Shown here one piece after another: positions 12,038-25,734 of a stretch of DNA of 64,000 nt; within the stretch, counting starts at the first letter, position 1, and the number at the start of each line of letters is the position of its first letter. The notes under the pieces are model-generated. The model saw nothing but the letters and a program-made list of their open reading frames with translations, had not been told where the DNA came from and did not search any database. The stretch covers positions 238,266,001 through 238,330,000 of the forward strand of contig OZ024741.1 in assembly GCA_964016885.1 (NCBI GenBank), read 5' to 3'. This DNA is from Eledone cirrhosa. Lineage: Eukaryota. The position numbers and the translations under genes are program-made.

Positions 12038-12540
12038 CTTCATTGTTTAATCCTTCACTCTTGTAGTGTGTGATGGGTGATGTGTATCCTGCTATAGTGT
12101 TCCACTGTAACTGCTGCTACTGTAGTGATGTTCCAGTGTAACTTCTGCTACTGTAGTGGTCTTATAGTATACCTAATGGGGTAGTGATGTACTAGAATAA
12201 CTGCTGTTGTAGTGGTTCTCGAATGTTGGTGGTGAATTACAGTCCAACTGCTGCTGTAGTAGTGTTCCAGCATAATCTCAACTGCCGTAGTGCTCCACTC
12301 TAGGTTTAGCAGCTGCTGTAGTGGTGCTGTAGTGTAACTGCTACTTTAATAGTGTTCTTTCCTAGCTGCTGCTGTTGTAGGGATCCTGTATAACTGATGT
12401 TGTAGTAGTCTGACAGGAGTTTTATGTAGTGAGAGATGAGATGTTTAGCTAGATGGTGTTGGGGTGGTAGTTAGAACACTATGTCCTTCACACACACAAT
12501 AGTGTGTATCAGGAACAAAGAAAAAAGCTATCAGCCTCAC
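12038..12540 (-). other. Upstream (5' leader) exon of PCDH B; 5' boundary approximate
   Basis: Donor aacaATGaag|gtaagt; degenerate ~30-nt repeats; matching acceptor ttatttgtag (AG at 6890-6891). Confidence 0.72.
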
Positions 12541-12610
12541 TTTGAATATTGAAAGAAATATATAAAATCTCCCTCATCCAATAGGAAATTACGGCAATGT
12601 CTGTGTCACT
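12504..12610 (-). promoter_or_regulatory. Conserved promoter-like block of PCDH B (CCAAT 12578-12582)
   Basis: Near-identical to 2184-2292. Confidence 0.6.
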
Positions 12611-13136
12611 TAAACACAGGAAACAAACAAATTCATTTTCAACAGAAAAATGTTATAGTTCATATGTGATTATATCAACATATTGGCTATTTAGTATCAA
12701 TAAAGTGATTTAAATATGCTTAAATATTGCAAGCAGGGAAAAGCGGACGTAAAATGATGATGATGATAATGAAAAATGACTTAATGATATTTTAAACATT
12801 AGGAATATTGTGTTAAATTATGCAATGTTTTGTTTATAGTTTTGCTATCTAATCTTATATTATCAGGATTAATTGTAGTTAAAATATAACATAAGAGTGA
12901 TTCAACATCATCATCATCATCACTAGTAATATGGCACATGTAACTCTCAATAACCTCTCATTGGTGAATCAGAAATGTAAATAATGATTATTAGAAACAT
13001 TCTTAATAAAAGTATTTCCATTAATGTTATTTTTATTCTATACTGCTATATTATAATTTTAACAATTCTAAAGTTTTTAAAATGAAAATACAGAAGAAGA
13101 ATTGAAATTACATACATATATATGTTTACATACATA

Positions 13137-13180
<44 letters not shown>

Positions 13181-13661
13181 GATATATATATACATATATA
13201 CAATTAAGGGAATAGAAGATAAAAATTCTTACAATGACTGACCCAGTTTCACTACAGAATTTACTGTACCTAATGTTTCATATTATTTTATGGACAAATG
13301 GACACTTCTAAACAAGTTAGGAAACCAAAATTGTTTGGTGGAAAACATTATTAGTAATTTTATAATATAGTGGCAAAATTTTCCAAGGGAAACTAAAGAA
13401 AAAGAATGAAATATACCTCAAGAAAATGAAATTATGAATTAATTAATAAAAAAAAAAAAAAAAATTAAGAGAGAGTATTTTGAATAATTATGATACAAAA
13501 TAGGGTATTAGTAATATTTTAACAGACATGTAAATTAGGGGGTCATAATACATGCTATTATAAATAAGCCTTTTATGTGTGATAGGTTTATATCAATATA
13601 AAATATTCTACATTTGGTGTGTGAGAGAGAGAATCATTTAACAATAGTGATGGGACATCTA

Positions 13662-13741
13662 CTATGTTGGCTGTAGATAGGTATCTTGTACTTGTTGTCC
13701 CTTTTGTATTGTGGCTGGAACTGGATTGTCATTGGTATATT
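13662..13741 (-). CDS. PCDH C terminal coding exon
   Basis: Same peptide as B terminal exon; acceptor tttttctag; TAG at 13662-13664. Confidence 0.85.
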
Positions 13742-13900
13742 CTAGAAAAAATATAATATAGAAATGGAAATTATATTTCAATATAACAACTCTGTAAAGA
13801 TATAAACATTGATGTTATATTACACTAACTATAACATTACATATTGTTTTACAGTAATGAAGAAAATTACATTTATATATTATGTTTAGATAAAAGTTAC

Positions 13901-14048
13901 CTGGTTGTGAAGATATTTCTTCATATGGTTTAGTCTTGCCAATACTCTTGTAACCTTCTCTGCTTTTTTGTGATGTTAAGGTGTCACTGTTGTAGTTAGA
14001 CATGCTGAGACTGGTGCGACCTTCATGACTATGGATTGAATCACATCT
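13901..14048 (-). CDS. PCDH C cytoplasmic exon 2
   Basis: 148 nt, ccatag|AGA...CCAG|gtaact; ends KPYEEISSQP. Confidence 0.88.
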
Positions 14049-16039
14049 CTATGGATTAGAAAAGTAAAATGAATCACTATGGTGATAATTGGAAGAAACA
14101 TTCAAATCTATTTTCCAGATTTTTGCTGGCAAGATACATGAAATAAATCATTTTATAAACTGCAAATACTAAAATGAATAAAATCAAACATACCTCAGTG
14201 CATATATAATCTTAATGTACTTAAATGATGAAGCACAAATGAAATAAGAAAAAACTGTGAATTGGATGTAGTGTGTAAGAATATGGGCATGTGGTATATA
14301 TAGTGAATGAGAGCTGTACAAAGAAGTGCAAAGCACTCGAGTTACATGGAGCTTAAACCTAGATGACACAATCATGAAGTTTGACAACATGAACATTGAA
14401 ATAGTGGTAGTGCTGGAGGCTCTGAGATATATGTACTTTTTCGACTCTCACCAAACTTGTCTCTCTTAAGTCTTCCTCTCTTCTATCTCCTTTATATTCA
14501 CTGTATCATACTAGAGATAGGACTGGATCTGTTTGATCCTCTCCTCCTCTTGACACTCACCCACCCACTCTCATATTCATGGCACCATGCCACCCACATA
14601 ATGAGAGCTCTCTTTAGTCTAGTGTGTATTAAATCTCTGCTTGCCTTTTCAGTCTACTTAATTTCCCCATTACAGTGGTTATATATAAAAGATGCATCAT
14701 ATCTCTTTATAATCCATACATCCTACTCTCACTTATTCTATGCTGCCAGACATCATACTCTACCACTACCCACATGTTAATGACACAACCGTCTCTCCCA
14801 CCACTCATCACTTCATTTTACCAGCAAACATGTAGCTACCATTACTATCTCTATTTCTACCTTTTCCGTTATTTCACACTCTATACTATCTCTCCCATAA
14901 GTCACTCACTCCCTTCTTTAATTACTGTTGCTCCTCTACTACTCTCACCAACACAGTCGCTCTCTTGTCCCCTTCTTTCTGTCAACCACTCACGCCAATT
15001 CATTGTTTCTTCCATCATTATCTTGTACCCTCAGCTACTCATTTGGTACTTTTGTCATTGCTTTCTTTAGGTCAGGTACATTGAATGAGCAGAGAAAATG
15101 TTAGGGAGAGTCCCTTTAGTCTTGGGATATCCAAGATAAACTTACTATGATAATCTGCATCAAGTAAACTAAGTAAAATAGCATTGATTGAACAGACAGT
15201 ACAGGGTTGAGAGGACCCCTTCATCCTAAGGACATACCATCCCCTCTACTGTTGGTACCACGATAAAATGCACCTAGTACACTCTGTAAAAAATTGGGCA
15301 TTAAGAAGATCATCCAGCTGTAAAAACCAAACTAAAAATGGAAAATATGAGTGTAACATGTTTTCTCTACCTGTCTAATCATAAACCATAACCAATCTAA
15401 CCCATGCCAGCATGGAAAATGAACTGCTGCTGCTTATGATGATGATAAATCTGACTTGTCATAAGACATATTATATCATATCATATCTTAATAGTAATAC
15501 ATAACTGCAGTTCTGTGATGGCTTATTTAAATTTTTCTGTAATTTCATATTGTTCTGTTGAACAGTACTTTCTAATTGTCTAATCTATGATAAATATTTT
15601 TCCTATTATGCCCAAAATATATATTTCATATGGGATCGTAGTACAGATGAAAACTTGCAGTTAAAATAAAGGTTTGGATTCAAGCTTAGCCTATTGAAAT
15701 GTATGTAAAAAAAGGGCACATTTGATGATGAGCAGAGTTTGGGGGAATGAAAGCACATTTTAATTTGTCAGTTGACAGTATATATAAGATGGATGTACAA
15801 GCTTTATGATACAATAGTTTTCATAATTCAATAAATGTTTATAATGTTTAAATGAATTGCTATTAGATGAATAGAAATTCATTTTAATAATTGAAAGGTT
15901 TTACATTTTGCAAAAAGGTTTAACATTTCACAAAGAACAAGAAAAATACATAAAAATACAAAGGATTTAATTAATTTTAAGTTGAGATAGTTATTTGAGA
16001 ACAAGATTTATACAATGGAATATTTGAAATAATATTTAC

Positions 16040-18442
16040 CTGTGGAACTGGTGGAAGTCTCCTTTGTGTTGTTGAGAATTTCCACTCGTCTGGTAACTGT
16101 TCCATCTCTGGATAAAACTGACTTTTAGATTTTATTGTCTGAAGATTTCTAGCAAATATATCTTCTGCATTTCTAGTTATTGCAACAGGATTGTTAGTCT
16201 GATACAGTAATTGTCTCATCTCAGTCTGAGACAGAAAGTTTGGATTATCTGCTGTTGTAGGTGAGTTATTGGTGTGATTAATACATCTGAAAACACACAG
16301 TGTTATTGACACTACAATAGCCACAGATATTATTACAGCTGCTGCTACAATGATAATTACCCAAGTCATATTGAGGTTGTTACCAGTCTGTAAGTGGACA
16401 GCATTCAACATTGGAGATGTATCATTACTAACAAACAATGTTAGTATGATAACAGTTGTTGCTGATTGAACTGGAGTGCCACCATCTTTTACTATAAACT
16501 GTAGGTCATATGTTCCTGCATCATTTTGGTAAACTATCCGAGAGAAAGATAAGACACCAGTATGGGAGTTGACTGTAAACAAGTTTTTATCATTAGATCT
16601 CAGTATTCCATATGTGAGGAAAGCATTGTTTCCAGTGTCTTTGTCAGAGGCTTTCAGAATTGTGATGTCTTTCTTACTGTGTGGATGGTAGTGGACATCT
16701 AGATTGTAAGGGTCATTAATAGGAAAGGTAAAATAGGGAGCATTATCATTTTTATCTAGAATCTCAATAACAATATTGGCAGTGTCATTCAGAGAAGGTG
16801 TTCCATTATCTTTGACTAAAACCTGGAATTTATAGATGTCTTTCACTTCCCGATCTATTGATTGTGATGTAGAAATAAATCCATATTTTGTAAGTTGGAA
16901 AGGAATGTTATCATTGTTGTTATCATTGATGATAGAATATGTAAGTTGACCTCCATCTCCAAGATCAGGGTCTGTAGCATTGATGAAGCCAATAGGGAAG
17001 TCAACTTTCTGGTTTTCATAGGTGAGGAATTGGAATGTATCTTTGGTAAAATGTGGCTGTACATCATTGACATCAGTTACTTTGACAGAGAAATATTTCT
17101 TAGTCTTTAACTGAGGTGATCCCATGTCATGACATAGAATTGATACTTTATAGTGGTCCTTTATTTCTCTATCAAGATGTCCTTTAATAATCATCTTATA
17201 TTCCTTAGACTCTATTTTGGTAAGTTTAAATTTATCATGTTTTAAATCACAGCTAACCTCACCATTAGGTCCAACATCAGTGTCAGAGACTATAACATAA
17301 GCTATAAAACTACCAATTTTACTTGCTTCTGAAACTGCTGTGGAACTTTCTGTTAAAGGTGATACAAAATCTATATTTATCACTGGAGCATTATTCTGGT
17401 CATTAATTATGTGAATTCGAACTGTGGTTACAGAACGTAAGGAGGGACTTCCTTCATCCCGTGCTTCAATAAATAATTTGTAAGTTTGTTTCTCTCCAAA
17501 ACTAAAATTATCTTTTAAATATATTTCCCCCTTCGTTTGTTTCAATAAAAAATGTTTCTGGATATTTTGTGATGTTTTATGGTTGAAATGATAAGAAATC
17601 TTTCCATTGTTTCCAGAATCTAGATCTGTAGCTTTTAAAGTAAGAATTGGTAAATGTCTTTGTTGTGAATTATTTATAGATATGTTGTAGACTTTCTGTG
17701 AAAATACAGGTGTGTTATCATTAACATCTGCCACAGTTATATGTACCTTGAGGTCAGCTGTTTGGGGAGGGTTGCCTCTATCTTTAGCTTCAAGTGTCAA
17801 CATATATGAGTCTTTTTGTTCCCTGTCTAATTTTTCTTCTAAAGTTAATTCAGGTATGAAAACACCATCATGTCGTTTTGTCATATACAAAGAAAATGGG
17901 TCTCTTTCCTGTGTCATTATCTTATAAGTAATTTGTGAATTTATGATAGTAATATCTCTGTCTATGGCATACGGTATTATCTTTTTGGCTCCTTTAAAAC
18001 TGTCCTCAGCAAATCGAACAGTGATTTTATCAACAGAAAACTCCGGTGAATGATCATTGATGTCTTCTATTATTATTTTCACTTTTAAAATTTTCATAAA
18101 TGTTTCAGATTCCCTGACAGCTACTTTAACAATTCTGGAACATTCCTTGTTATATGTACACAGAGACTCAGCATCCAGTATCTGTGTTGTGTATAGTTTT
18201 CCTGTGTTGGTGACATTGAATAAGTTAGAACCACTTGACACTGTCCTTTGTAGTTGTGTAAATGTAATGAGAGTGTGTTGTTGATGTGTAAGAGAATGTG
18301 TTAAGTTAGAATCAACAGCGATGTCTCCTATATATGTGTAAGGACTGTCTTCTTCATTGACATGGTATGTAATGTCTACAGACACTATAACTGACTGTTG
18401 TAAATATAGTAAACACACCAGGTAAATAATATTTCCACTCAT
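16040..18442 (-). CDS. Protocadherin C large exon
   Basis: Six cadherin repeats plus TM; 2403 nt; donor ccacag|gtaaat; acceptor AG at 18481-18482. Confidence 0.97.
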
Positions 18443-19402
18443 GTCTGTAGGTCCTCATTACATCTTATGATTGGATATCTCTAAAAAGAGAATAACATTT
18501 ATGTTAAGACTAAAGACACCTTAGAGAATAATTAATTGCAATGTATAGTGTTGAAAATTATGAATATAGCTTATCAATAATGTTATTGTTAATAGCTAAA
18601 TAATAATAAATATAACCTAAAATCTGACAGAATAATTTTCAATCACAAGGTCTTGGGTTCTAACCCTACATTTGTCCAAGTAAATAGTTATTTTTTTAAA
18701 GTTACTCATATATTTAATCCTGTACTTAAGAAATAAATTATTCAAAAACCCTTCCATGTGCCAATAATCAACATAAACAATAGGGTTTCTCTTATGAAAA
18801 CCATTAATTTATCAAAATGTAATTTCCCAGTTTATGCGATTGTTCAATCATCCAATAATCCTGGATGCCCAAAAATAAATACATCCCATGCTATTGCTGT
18901 CATTATTGATGGTATGGCTCCACTAGTGTAAGGATGAACTGATGCACCAAGAAATATATAAAAATCAACTGATGCACAAAGAAATGTTAGTTTAAATTTG
19001 AACACAAAACCACATTAATTCGTTAAAGATAACATATTTGATAGGATGAAGATATGTATCATATCTAGAACTTTATAAAAAGTATGTGAACATGTATCCT
19101 AGTTTCACTCAATCTTAGACATGCTTGGCTTTTACATCTTGGTCCACTTTGTTAAGGTAGAAGTGACTCCCGAAGATTTAAAATGAAATATTCAATTCTA
19201 TTGTCATCTTTTAACTCTACTATCAACTGAAAAATCAAATTATATATTAAGGTTATTTTAAATACAAAAAAAATTTACATTTAGGTTTATTATTCTTTTG
19301 TGAAAATTTCTAACATCTTTTAGAGGTTACATTCAGTTTCAAAGAATTTGTTAAATCCAACAATCCTGCTTCAAACACATACACTAATAACAAATAATTC
19401 AG

Positions 19403-19829
19403 ATCATGACTTTCGCAGACATTTTTTCACGCTCAGAGTTGCTGAAGCATGGAACAAACTGCCTGCGTCAATTGTTAGCTGCCGAGACACTGCATCCTTT
19501 AAGACACTCATGCTTCCCAAAATACGCCAAAACTACACCTGATGTACCCCTTCCATACACATGCACACATGTGTGTATCATGACTCGTGCACTGTTCATT
19601 TTACTGATGTTTGTGCATTGCCCTATGTACTGTACATGCACTTTTTTGATGAGTTGTGGTGCACCTGGGCACTGTGCACAATATTTCGTTATTGTTATTA
19701 TATCATGACTCATACACTGTTTATTTTCCTGACATTTGTACATTATTCTATGTACTATACATGCACCTTTGATGAGTTGTAGTGCACCTGAGCACTGTAC
19801 ACAATAATTTCATTATTATTATTATTATA
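19403..19829 (+). mobile_element. CR1-clade LINE 3' end with duplicated 3' UTR segment
   Basis: HDFRRHFFTLRVAEAWNKLP; two tandem copies of the tatcatgactc...gagcactg segment; (tta)n tail. Confidence 0.85.
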
Positions 19830-20560
19830 ATGCTTGTTGAGTTACTATAAATAAAAAAATAAAAAAAAACCTTTACTACAATGTACATGAGAGCACAATT
19901 TGAAATTATTTGATTATAATATGGAATCTTTTGATAGTGAAGCTGAGTATTTTTCTGTGACTTTAATGGCAGTACAGTATTAGATTAATATTAGTTGGTT
20001 TATTAAATGGGAAATCTGTAAAAATTGGGGTTAGATGATAAACTAAAGCTTTACTCAAATTACAGATTGTGTCAAGGCTGTAAAATAACAATCACCTACA
20101 TTGTTTCTGGCTGTCAAATCATTAGGTAAATGGGAATGCACAAACAAGTATGACAAAGTTAAAGACTGCATACACTTGTAGCTATGCTAGCAATATGGAA
20201 TATGTTCAAGAAATTGTACAAATAAACACCACCACATAATGTTTCAGATAATGACAAAGTTATCATACTCTAGGATATGCTGATCCACACAGGCGGAGAC
20301 TATGTCAAACAGATATTATTGTCAAAAACTACCAGGAATTAAAATGTATCCATGTGAAAGAACAACAATACAACGGCAAAAGAGATGGTAAAACTATGCA
20401 AATATGAATTAGATACAGAGTTATCCAGACTGTTGATGTCAAACACAGAATCATTTCCCATAAAAATAGGTGCATTAAAAATGTGACAAACAAGATCTAA
20501 ACAAATATAAAATTTCATGAATTATTGAAGCACTGGGATTGTTTGAAATGTTATAAATGT

Positions 20561-20767
20561 GTGAGTCCCTAACACAGAAAATAACTGTGATAACAGTTGA
20601 TCACTATAAATAGTTGAGAAAACTGGGTAAATTACTATGAGATGGAAAAAGTGGACAGAGGCACCTGTTTCTTTTTTTCACTCCTAAGAGTAATTTACAA
20701 CTATTATTCAACTATTATTTATAGTGATCAACTGTTATTACAATTATTTTCTGCATTTGGGACTCAC
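20561..20767. mobile_element. MITE-like element with ~75-bp imperfect TIRs
   Basis: gtgagtccc...taacagttgatcactataaata versus tatttatagtgatcaactgtta...gggactcac. Confidence 0.7.
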
Positions 20768-21883
20768 ATTTTCAAATATATAACCCACAACTTATAGATA
20801 TATACCACATTCAGAAAATAATAGTATGAGACACTAGATATATTACGTAAAGTACTCTTCATACAATAAAAGGCAGAAAAAAACCAACAAAACAGCAATA
20901 TTAACAGCAATCTGGCGAGAATATATTACCAATAAGATGCATAATTAAATAAATAAATGAACATACCCATCCCTCTCACATATTAAATTAAGACTAATTG
21001 GACAATAAATAATATTACATTCTAGAAAATTAACATTTAAATCTATATTTATTATTTTTAGGAAGAACTGCACAGTGGTCTGCATTGTATAGAAAGGTGA
21101 CAAAATGTGAAAAGTAGAGAGAGAGGGGGAGTGAGGGAACGAGTAGGGGTAAAGAGAGAGAGAGGATAGGGTGATGAGAGAGGGAGAGAGAGAGCAGGGA
21201 GTGATGAGAGAGAGAGAAAGAAAGAAGTAGATATTCACACTACACATAAAATGAACTATGGAGGAAAACATTTTAGTATTTGGAATAAAATATATTAAAA
21301 AATATTAAATGTCCCAAACAATAACATCATAATTTGCTTTTTCCTATTGAATTTCTTTTTGTATTTTCATTGAAAATTTATCTTTTAATAATCTTTCTTT
21401 TACAAATTACTGTGGAAAAATTAGACATTTCATGATGCTGTTTGCATTGTTTTGTTTATTTCTGATGCTGATACCATCAGCCAGTTGCAAATCTAGGCAG
21501 ATGAGGCAATATGAAATTAAGTATTTTGATCGAGAACATAACGCTCTACCTGGTGCATAAATCAAAACCACAACCGTGTGATTATAAGTCAAAACCACAC
21601 CCTAACCATGCCATATATATAGGATCAATGTTTCCTGTAATCTTATAATCACTCAATTTCAAATTCTCTGTTCCAAGATACATATTGAATTCAAAATGAA
21701 CTCTAAAGATTAGTCTGTAATTAAGGTATGATGTGACTCTAGAAATAATTTACATTGTATAATTTCTAATTGTTATTGGTAGAAGTGATGCAAGATCTGT
21801 CTCACTATGTCAGTCCCCCATTGTTGTGTGTCTATGTGTGGATGAGTGTTTCTATATATATATATATATACATATACATGCAC

Positions 21884-21926
<43 letters not shown>

Positions 21927-22330
21927 CTGTACATACATTAAGAAGTGATTTTTATCATGACTAGTTTTGATGATTTCATCGCTGAATGAAACAGAACTAT
22001 CCTGTAAAAGTATAATGTTGTAAAAGTAATCTCTTAATGCATATATGTCATTTCTCAATATATGTATATATAAATATATATATACTGCCAGAAACAGTTC
22101 TGTACAAGCAAGAGACGATCTCCTGACCAATCTTGCCACAAGTGGGACAAACCCGCCCTACCCATGCTAGCATGGAAGACGGACGTTAAACGATGATGAT
22201 GATGATATATATATACATATACATACACACAACATGGCAGTCATTTTATATATCATCCCTACCCTCCATTTCACTAGAATTACATATGTTATAATGAATA
22301 TTAAAAGATGGGAAAGAGAAAGATACTTAC

Positions 22331-22772
22331 TTTCATTGTTTAATCCTTCAATGTAGCTGTGTGTGATGGATACTGTGTATCCTGCTGTAGTGTTCCACTG
22401 TAACTGCTGCTACTGTAGTGATGTTCCAGTAACTGCTGTAACTGCAATGGTGTTATTGTTGTATTCCAGTATAATTTCTCTCATAACTGGGTTCTAATGT
22501 TACTGCTCTTATAGTAATGCTTCACTGTAACTGATAAGGTAGTGATATTATAGTGTTAATGTAGTTATTGTTGTTCCAGTATAACTGATGATGTAGAAGT
22601 CATGTTTGAGTGTAAATGCTATTGTAGTGTTGTTGCAGTGTAACTGCTGATATAGCAGTAGTTTAACAGTAGCTGCATGTAGATGGTGATGTGTGATAGC
22701 TGCTGTTATATGTCTTCCACACACACACAAAATAGTGTGTATTATGAACAAAGAAAAAAGCTATCAGCCTCA
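22331..22772 (-). other. Upstream (5' leader) exon of PCDH C; 5' boundary approximate
   Basis: Donor aacaATGaaa|gtaagt; paralogous to the other leader exons. Confidence 0.7.
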
Positions 22773-22845
22773 CTTTGAATATTGAAAGAAATATATAAAA
22801 TCTCTCTCAACCAATAGGAAATTACTAGAATGCTGTCTGTGTCAT
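22737..22845 (-). promoter_or_regulatory. Conserved promoter-like block of PCDH C (CCAAT 22811-22815)
   Basis: Same block as upstream of A and B. Confidence 0.6.
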
Positions 22846-23716
22846 GCAAACATGAGATAATAGTATTCATGTGTAAAAGAAGCTGCTTGATAATTTTCAT
22901 ATGCAAATATAGCAAGATATTTCATGTTTGGTGTTTAGAATGTCACTAAACAGAAGACTTAAAATCAAAAGTATTTTATGACATTTAAAATGTGAAGAAC
23001 ATTTTTCATTTGTTTGAGTTTGTTGACACCTTTTTATTTAAAATTCTTTGTTCATAACCACACAGAATTGTAGTTAATATGTTGGGTGGTTAAAAGTTAG
23101 ACAATATTGCCAGGAATGTGACACATGCCAATCGAATGACATGTCACTACTACAGGCACTTATGAAAAATATATTTAATGATTTTATTGAACTGAAACAA
23201 TCTTTTTGACTGTGTTTCATTACATTATATATGTTCTTATTCAACTTATGTTGCAGTTTTATGGATTTATAGTGAACTGACAATCATGGGTTATAGAGAT
23301 TTTAAGAAAAGGGACAAGAGAAGTAATCGTATGTCAGAAAGTTTTGGTATTTCATGTATATATACATATATGAATTAACATTTTATGCTAGCTTATCAAC
23401 AATAGATGTATAACTTAAGAAGATATATAAAACTTTTAGCTTAAAACAAAATCAATTTAATTGAAGGACTTAGATATATTTCTTAATTTCATTTTTCCTA
23501 TATAGCCTTGTAATATTTAAACTTCTACTTGATTTCAAGGTAAACAAACAAATGAAAGAGAAAATAAAAATAAAAATACTATATTTCATATTGAAAACAC
23601 CCGCTATGTGTGATGTTTGAAAGACATATAAAGTTAATATTTTTTTATCAACAGAAAGTATTCTATAACATTTGGTGTGTATGTGAGACAACCATTTAAC
23701 AATAGTGATGGAACAT

Positions 23717-23796
23717 CTATGTTGGCTGTAGATAGGTATCTTGTACTTGTTGTCCCTTTTGTATTGTGGCTGGAACTGGATTGTCATTGGTATATT
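23717..23796 (-). CDS. PCDH D terminal coding exon
   Basis: Acceptor ttttccag; ...QDTYLQPT*. Confidence 0.85.
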
Positions 23797-23953
23797 CTGG
23801 AAAATAGAAAATATAGAAATAGAAATTATATTTCAATATAACAACTCTGTAAAGATATAAACATTGATGTTATATTACACTAACCATAACATTACGTATT
23901 TTCTTATAGTAATATAGGGAATTATATTTCTGTTATGTTTAGATAAAAGTTAC

Positions 23954-24101
23954 CTGGTTGTGCAGATATCTCTTCATATGGTTTAGTCTTGCCAATACTC
24001 TTGTAACCTTCTCTGCTTTTTTGTGATGTTAAGGTGTCACTGTTGTAGTTAGACATGCTGAGACTGGTGCGACCTTCATGACTATGGATTGAATCACATC
24101 T
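23954..24101 (-). CDS. PCDH D cytoplasmic exon 2
   Basis: 148 nt, AG/GT borders; ends KPYEEISAQP. Confidence 0.88.
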
Positions 24102-24699
24102 CTGTGGATTAGAAAAGAAAGCAGAGGAAACATTATGTTAACTTGAATGAAAATTTACATCTATCTTCCATATGCTTCCTAGTAAGATACAAGTAGTGAA
24201 TCATTTTATAAACTTTAATGAAACTGACATGCTGTCATAAGAAACAAAAAAAACAAAAAATGGTCTATCATAATGACAATACAGAATTACAGTTCTGTTA
24301 GGGGTTATTGAGATAATAATCTAAATAGTTTTATAGTACAATGGAATTAAATCTGTGACTTCATATTTCCTGTTTAAAATGATTGAATTCATGACCATCA
24401 ACTGATTTCCATTCATATTATCCTTAGGTAGAATTGAATTCAAAATATTATCTCAAATTACATCATAACATGGTAGTTAAACATGATAAAAACTTACAGT
24501 AGAAATAGTGATACAGAATTCAAGTCCAGACTAGAGATCTGTATATATGTAAGAACAAATCCTCCAAAAATAAGCAGGGTTTTGATGAATAAAGCATAGT
24601 TTATTTGTCAACTCACATTAGATGGATTTAAACATTTTATCAAACTAGTTGTAAACTATTGGTATATAAAAGATGTGGTAGGATCAAAGGCAGGAATTA

Positions 24700-25696
24700 A
24701 AAGGATGTGGATTTTTATACATGGCCAATAGACAAGTGCAGTAAGTAGCAAATAGTCGACAGTTTCCATTACCAGGGTGATCAAATCAGCAGTAGACGAG
24801 GGTGTTCCGAAAATACAGTAGCCAGAGTGAGAAAAGGATGGAGAAAGTTCAGGGAGCTACTACCACTGCTAACTAAGGTTTTCCCCCTCAAAATGAAGGG
24901 TATATATTGTTTGATGGATGTATATGAACAACAATGTTTCATGGTAATGAGACATGGGTGTTGTGTGCAGAGGACCTGCGAAGAATGAAAATAAATGAAG
25001 CCTGCATGCCCTGATGGATGTGCAATAGTAATATACATGAATGGCAAAGCGTAAATGAATTGAGAGAGAAATTGGACATAAGAAGGATCAGATGAGTTGG
25101 TATGGACATGTGATATGTATGATAGTATGACAGCTGTATAAAAAGGTGCAGGGCGATCAAAGTTGACAGAAGCTAAGGAGTGATAAAAGCTGACATTGCA
25201 CAACTGCACCTCTCAAAGACAAATCGAGGTCTTTGGCATTATGCAGTGATATAGAAGACCTGCCTTACCATGTGCAGGAAATGAAGCATACATCTAGTAT
25301 GCACCACTGAACCACTATCCTCTCTCTCCCTTCAATACATCTCCCACACCCTAACACCTCACCCTTCTATGCCTTTACCCCCCTGCCCTAGTCCACAGTC
25401 CACACTGTAAAGTGGTCATGTTGCAATCTCGACAAAAAGCACCGAGCCAACACTATAAAGTGATTGTGTAGCTGTCACGACAAATAGCAACCAGCCCACA
25501 CTGTAAAGTGATTGAGTAGGTGTCACGACAAAAAGCACCCAGCACACACTATAAATATAGTTGGTGTTAGGAAGGGCATTCGGCCATAGAAACCAAGCCA
25601 GAAATAAGTCTCTATGACTCAATTTGCCTCAAATCGGACAACCTGGCTAACCCATGCTGGTGTGGAAAATAGATGTTAAATGATGGTGATGATGAT
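24700..25696 (+). mobile_element. Degenerate RTE LINE 3' portion
   Basis: Homologous to 44100-45620 and 54127-56070; (gat)n tail. Confidence 0.8.
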
Positions 25697-25734
25697 CACC
25701 TTACTTGAATAAATACAATTTTATTAAAATTTAC

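Noticed and set aside
13235-13280. Third hammerhead motif on the minus strand
   Set aside because: A stem and GAAA...GTC are present but the CUGANGA core is missing
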